This document shows positions 15,015 to 16,201 of a DNA stretch of 16,201 bases, piece by piece (positions within the stretch are counted from its first letter, which is position 1; every line of letters starts with the position of its first letter). The stretch is from Myxococcota bacterium. Its GTDB lineage: Bacteria > Myxococcota_A > UBA9160 > PR03. A model generated the notes under the pieces. That model worked only from the letters and a program-made list of their open reading frames with translations, was not told the DNA's origin and made no database searches. The translations under genes and the position numbers were made by a program. The stretch covers positions 1-16,201 of the forward strand of contig JBFIML010000061.1 in assembly GCA_041611735.1 (NCBI GenBank). Direction: 5' to 3'.

Positions 15015-16201
15015 ATGGCGAAGGCGAAGTTCGAGCGTACGAAGCCGCACGTGAACGTGGGGACGATTGGTCACGTGGACCACGGGAAGACGACGTTGAC
15101 GGCGGCGATCACGCAGCGGCAGGCGACGAAGAAGCTGGCGGACTTCACGCCGTTCGACCAGATCGACAAGGCGCCGGAGGAGCGGGAGCGGGGCATCACG
15201 ATTGCGACGGCGCACGTGGAGTACCAGACGGAGAAGCGGCATTACGCGCACGTGGATTGTCCGGGTCACGCGGACTACGTGAAGAACATGATCACGGGGG
15301 CGGCCCAGATGGACGGGGCGATCCTGGTGGTGAGTGCGGCGGACGGTCCGATGCCGCAGACGCGGGAGCACGTGCTGCTGGCGCGGCAGGTGAACGTGCC
15401 GCACATCGTGGTGTTCTTGAACAAGGTGGACCAGGTGGACGATCCGGAGCTGCTCGAGCTGGTGGAGCTCGAGGTGCGGGAGCTGTTGAGCAAGTACGAG
15501 TTTCCCGGGGACGACATTCCGATCATCAAGGGGAGTGCGCTCAAGGCGCTGGACAGCGGCGGCCAGGACGAGTCGAACCAGTGCATCGACGAGCTGCTGG
15601 AGGCGCTGGATGCGACGATTCCGGAGCCGCAGCGGGCGCTGGACAAGCCGTTCCTGATGCCAATCGAGGACGTGTTTTCGATCACGGGTCGCGGGACGGT
15701 GGTGACGGGCCGGATCGAGCAGGGCGTGGTGAAGGTGGGGGACGAGGTGGCGGTGGTGGGGATCCGGGACACGTCCAAGACGGTGGTGACCGGGGTGGAG
15801 ATGTTCCGGAAGCTGTTGGACCAGGGTCAGGCCGGGGACAACGTGGGGTGTCTGCTGCGCGGGGTGGGCAAGGAGGACGTGGAGCGGGGGCAGGTGTTGG
15901 CGAAGCCCGGTTCGATCACGCCGCACACCCAGTTCAAGGCGCAGGTGTACATCCTGAAGAAGGAGGAGGGGGGCCGGCACACGCCCTTCTTCAAGGGGTA
16001 TCGGCCGCAGTTCTACTTCCGGACCACGGACGTGACGGGGTCGGTGGAGCTTCCGGAGGGGACGGAGATGGTGATGCCCGGGGACAACGTGGAGATGGTG
16101 GTGTCGCTGATCACGCCGATCGCCATGGACAAGGAGCTTCGCTTCGCGATCCGCGAAGGCGGCCGCACCGTGGGCGCCGGCGTCGTCGCGGAGATCCTGG
16201 A
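15015..16201 (+). CDS. tuf: Elongation factor Tu (near-complete, cut just before the stop by the window end)
   Basis: ATG 15015 follows SD GGGAGGT. Reads [54 protein letters not shown] and NKVD, ending GAGVVAEIL. Absent from the ORF track because no stop lies in the window. Confidence 0.98.
   Translation, partial: MAKAKFERTKPHVNVGTIGHVDHGKTTLTAAITQRQATKKLADFTPFDQIDKAPEERERGITIATAHVEYQTEKRHYAHVDCPGHADYVKNMITGAAQMDGAILVVSAADGPMPQTREHVLLARQVNVPHIVVFLNKVDQVDDPELLELVELEVRELLSKYEFPGDDIPIIKGSALKALDSGGQDESNQCIDELLEALDATIPEPQRALDKPFLMPIEDVFSITGRGTVVTGRIEQGVVKVGDEVAVVGIRDTSKTVVTGVEMFRKLLDQGQAGDNVGCLLRGVGKEDVERGQVLAKPGSITPHTQFKAQVYILKKEEGGRHTPFFKGYRPQFYFRTTDVTGSVELPEGTEMVMPGDNVEMVVSLITPIAMDKELRFAIREGGRTVGAGVVAEIL
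16061..16201 (+). repeat. Terminal direct repeat, copy 2 (identical to 1-141)
   Basis: Exact match to the first 141 nt of the window. Confidence 0.97.

Overview
High-GC bacterial housekeeping superoperon, all on the + strand: 3' end of tuf, tRNA-Trp(CCA), secE, nusG, rplK, rplA, rplJ, rplL, rpoB, rpoC, a sigma70-type promoter, rpsL, rpsG, fusA and a second tuf that runs off the window. The RpoB/RpoC sequences look deltaproteobacterial (Myxococcota-like) by recollection; this is not a database result. I found no mobile element, CRISPR array or accessory protein system, and the many other long ORFs are GC-rich shadow frames. The first 141 bp and last 141 bp are identical, so the window looks circular, most likely an assembly loop through two identical tuf copies. 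The more interesting signals are non-coding or subtle. They include a 32-bp hairpin filling the tuf-tRNA-Trp spacer (no rpmG), no room for L10 or L1 leaders, a three-way-junction RNA between rplJ and rplL, G-ending codon skew in tuf, a divergent EF-G domain IV loop and an RpoB insertion.
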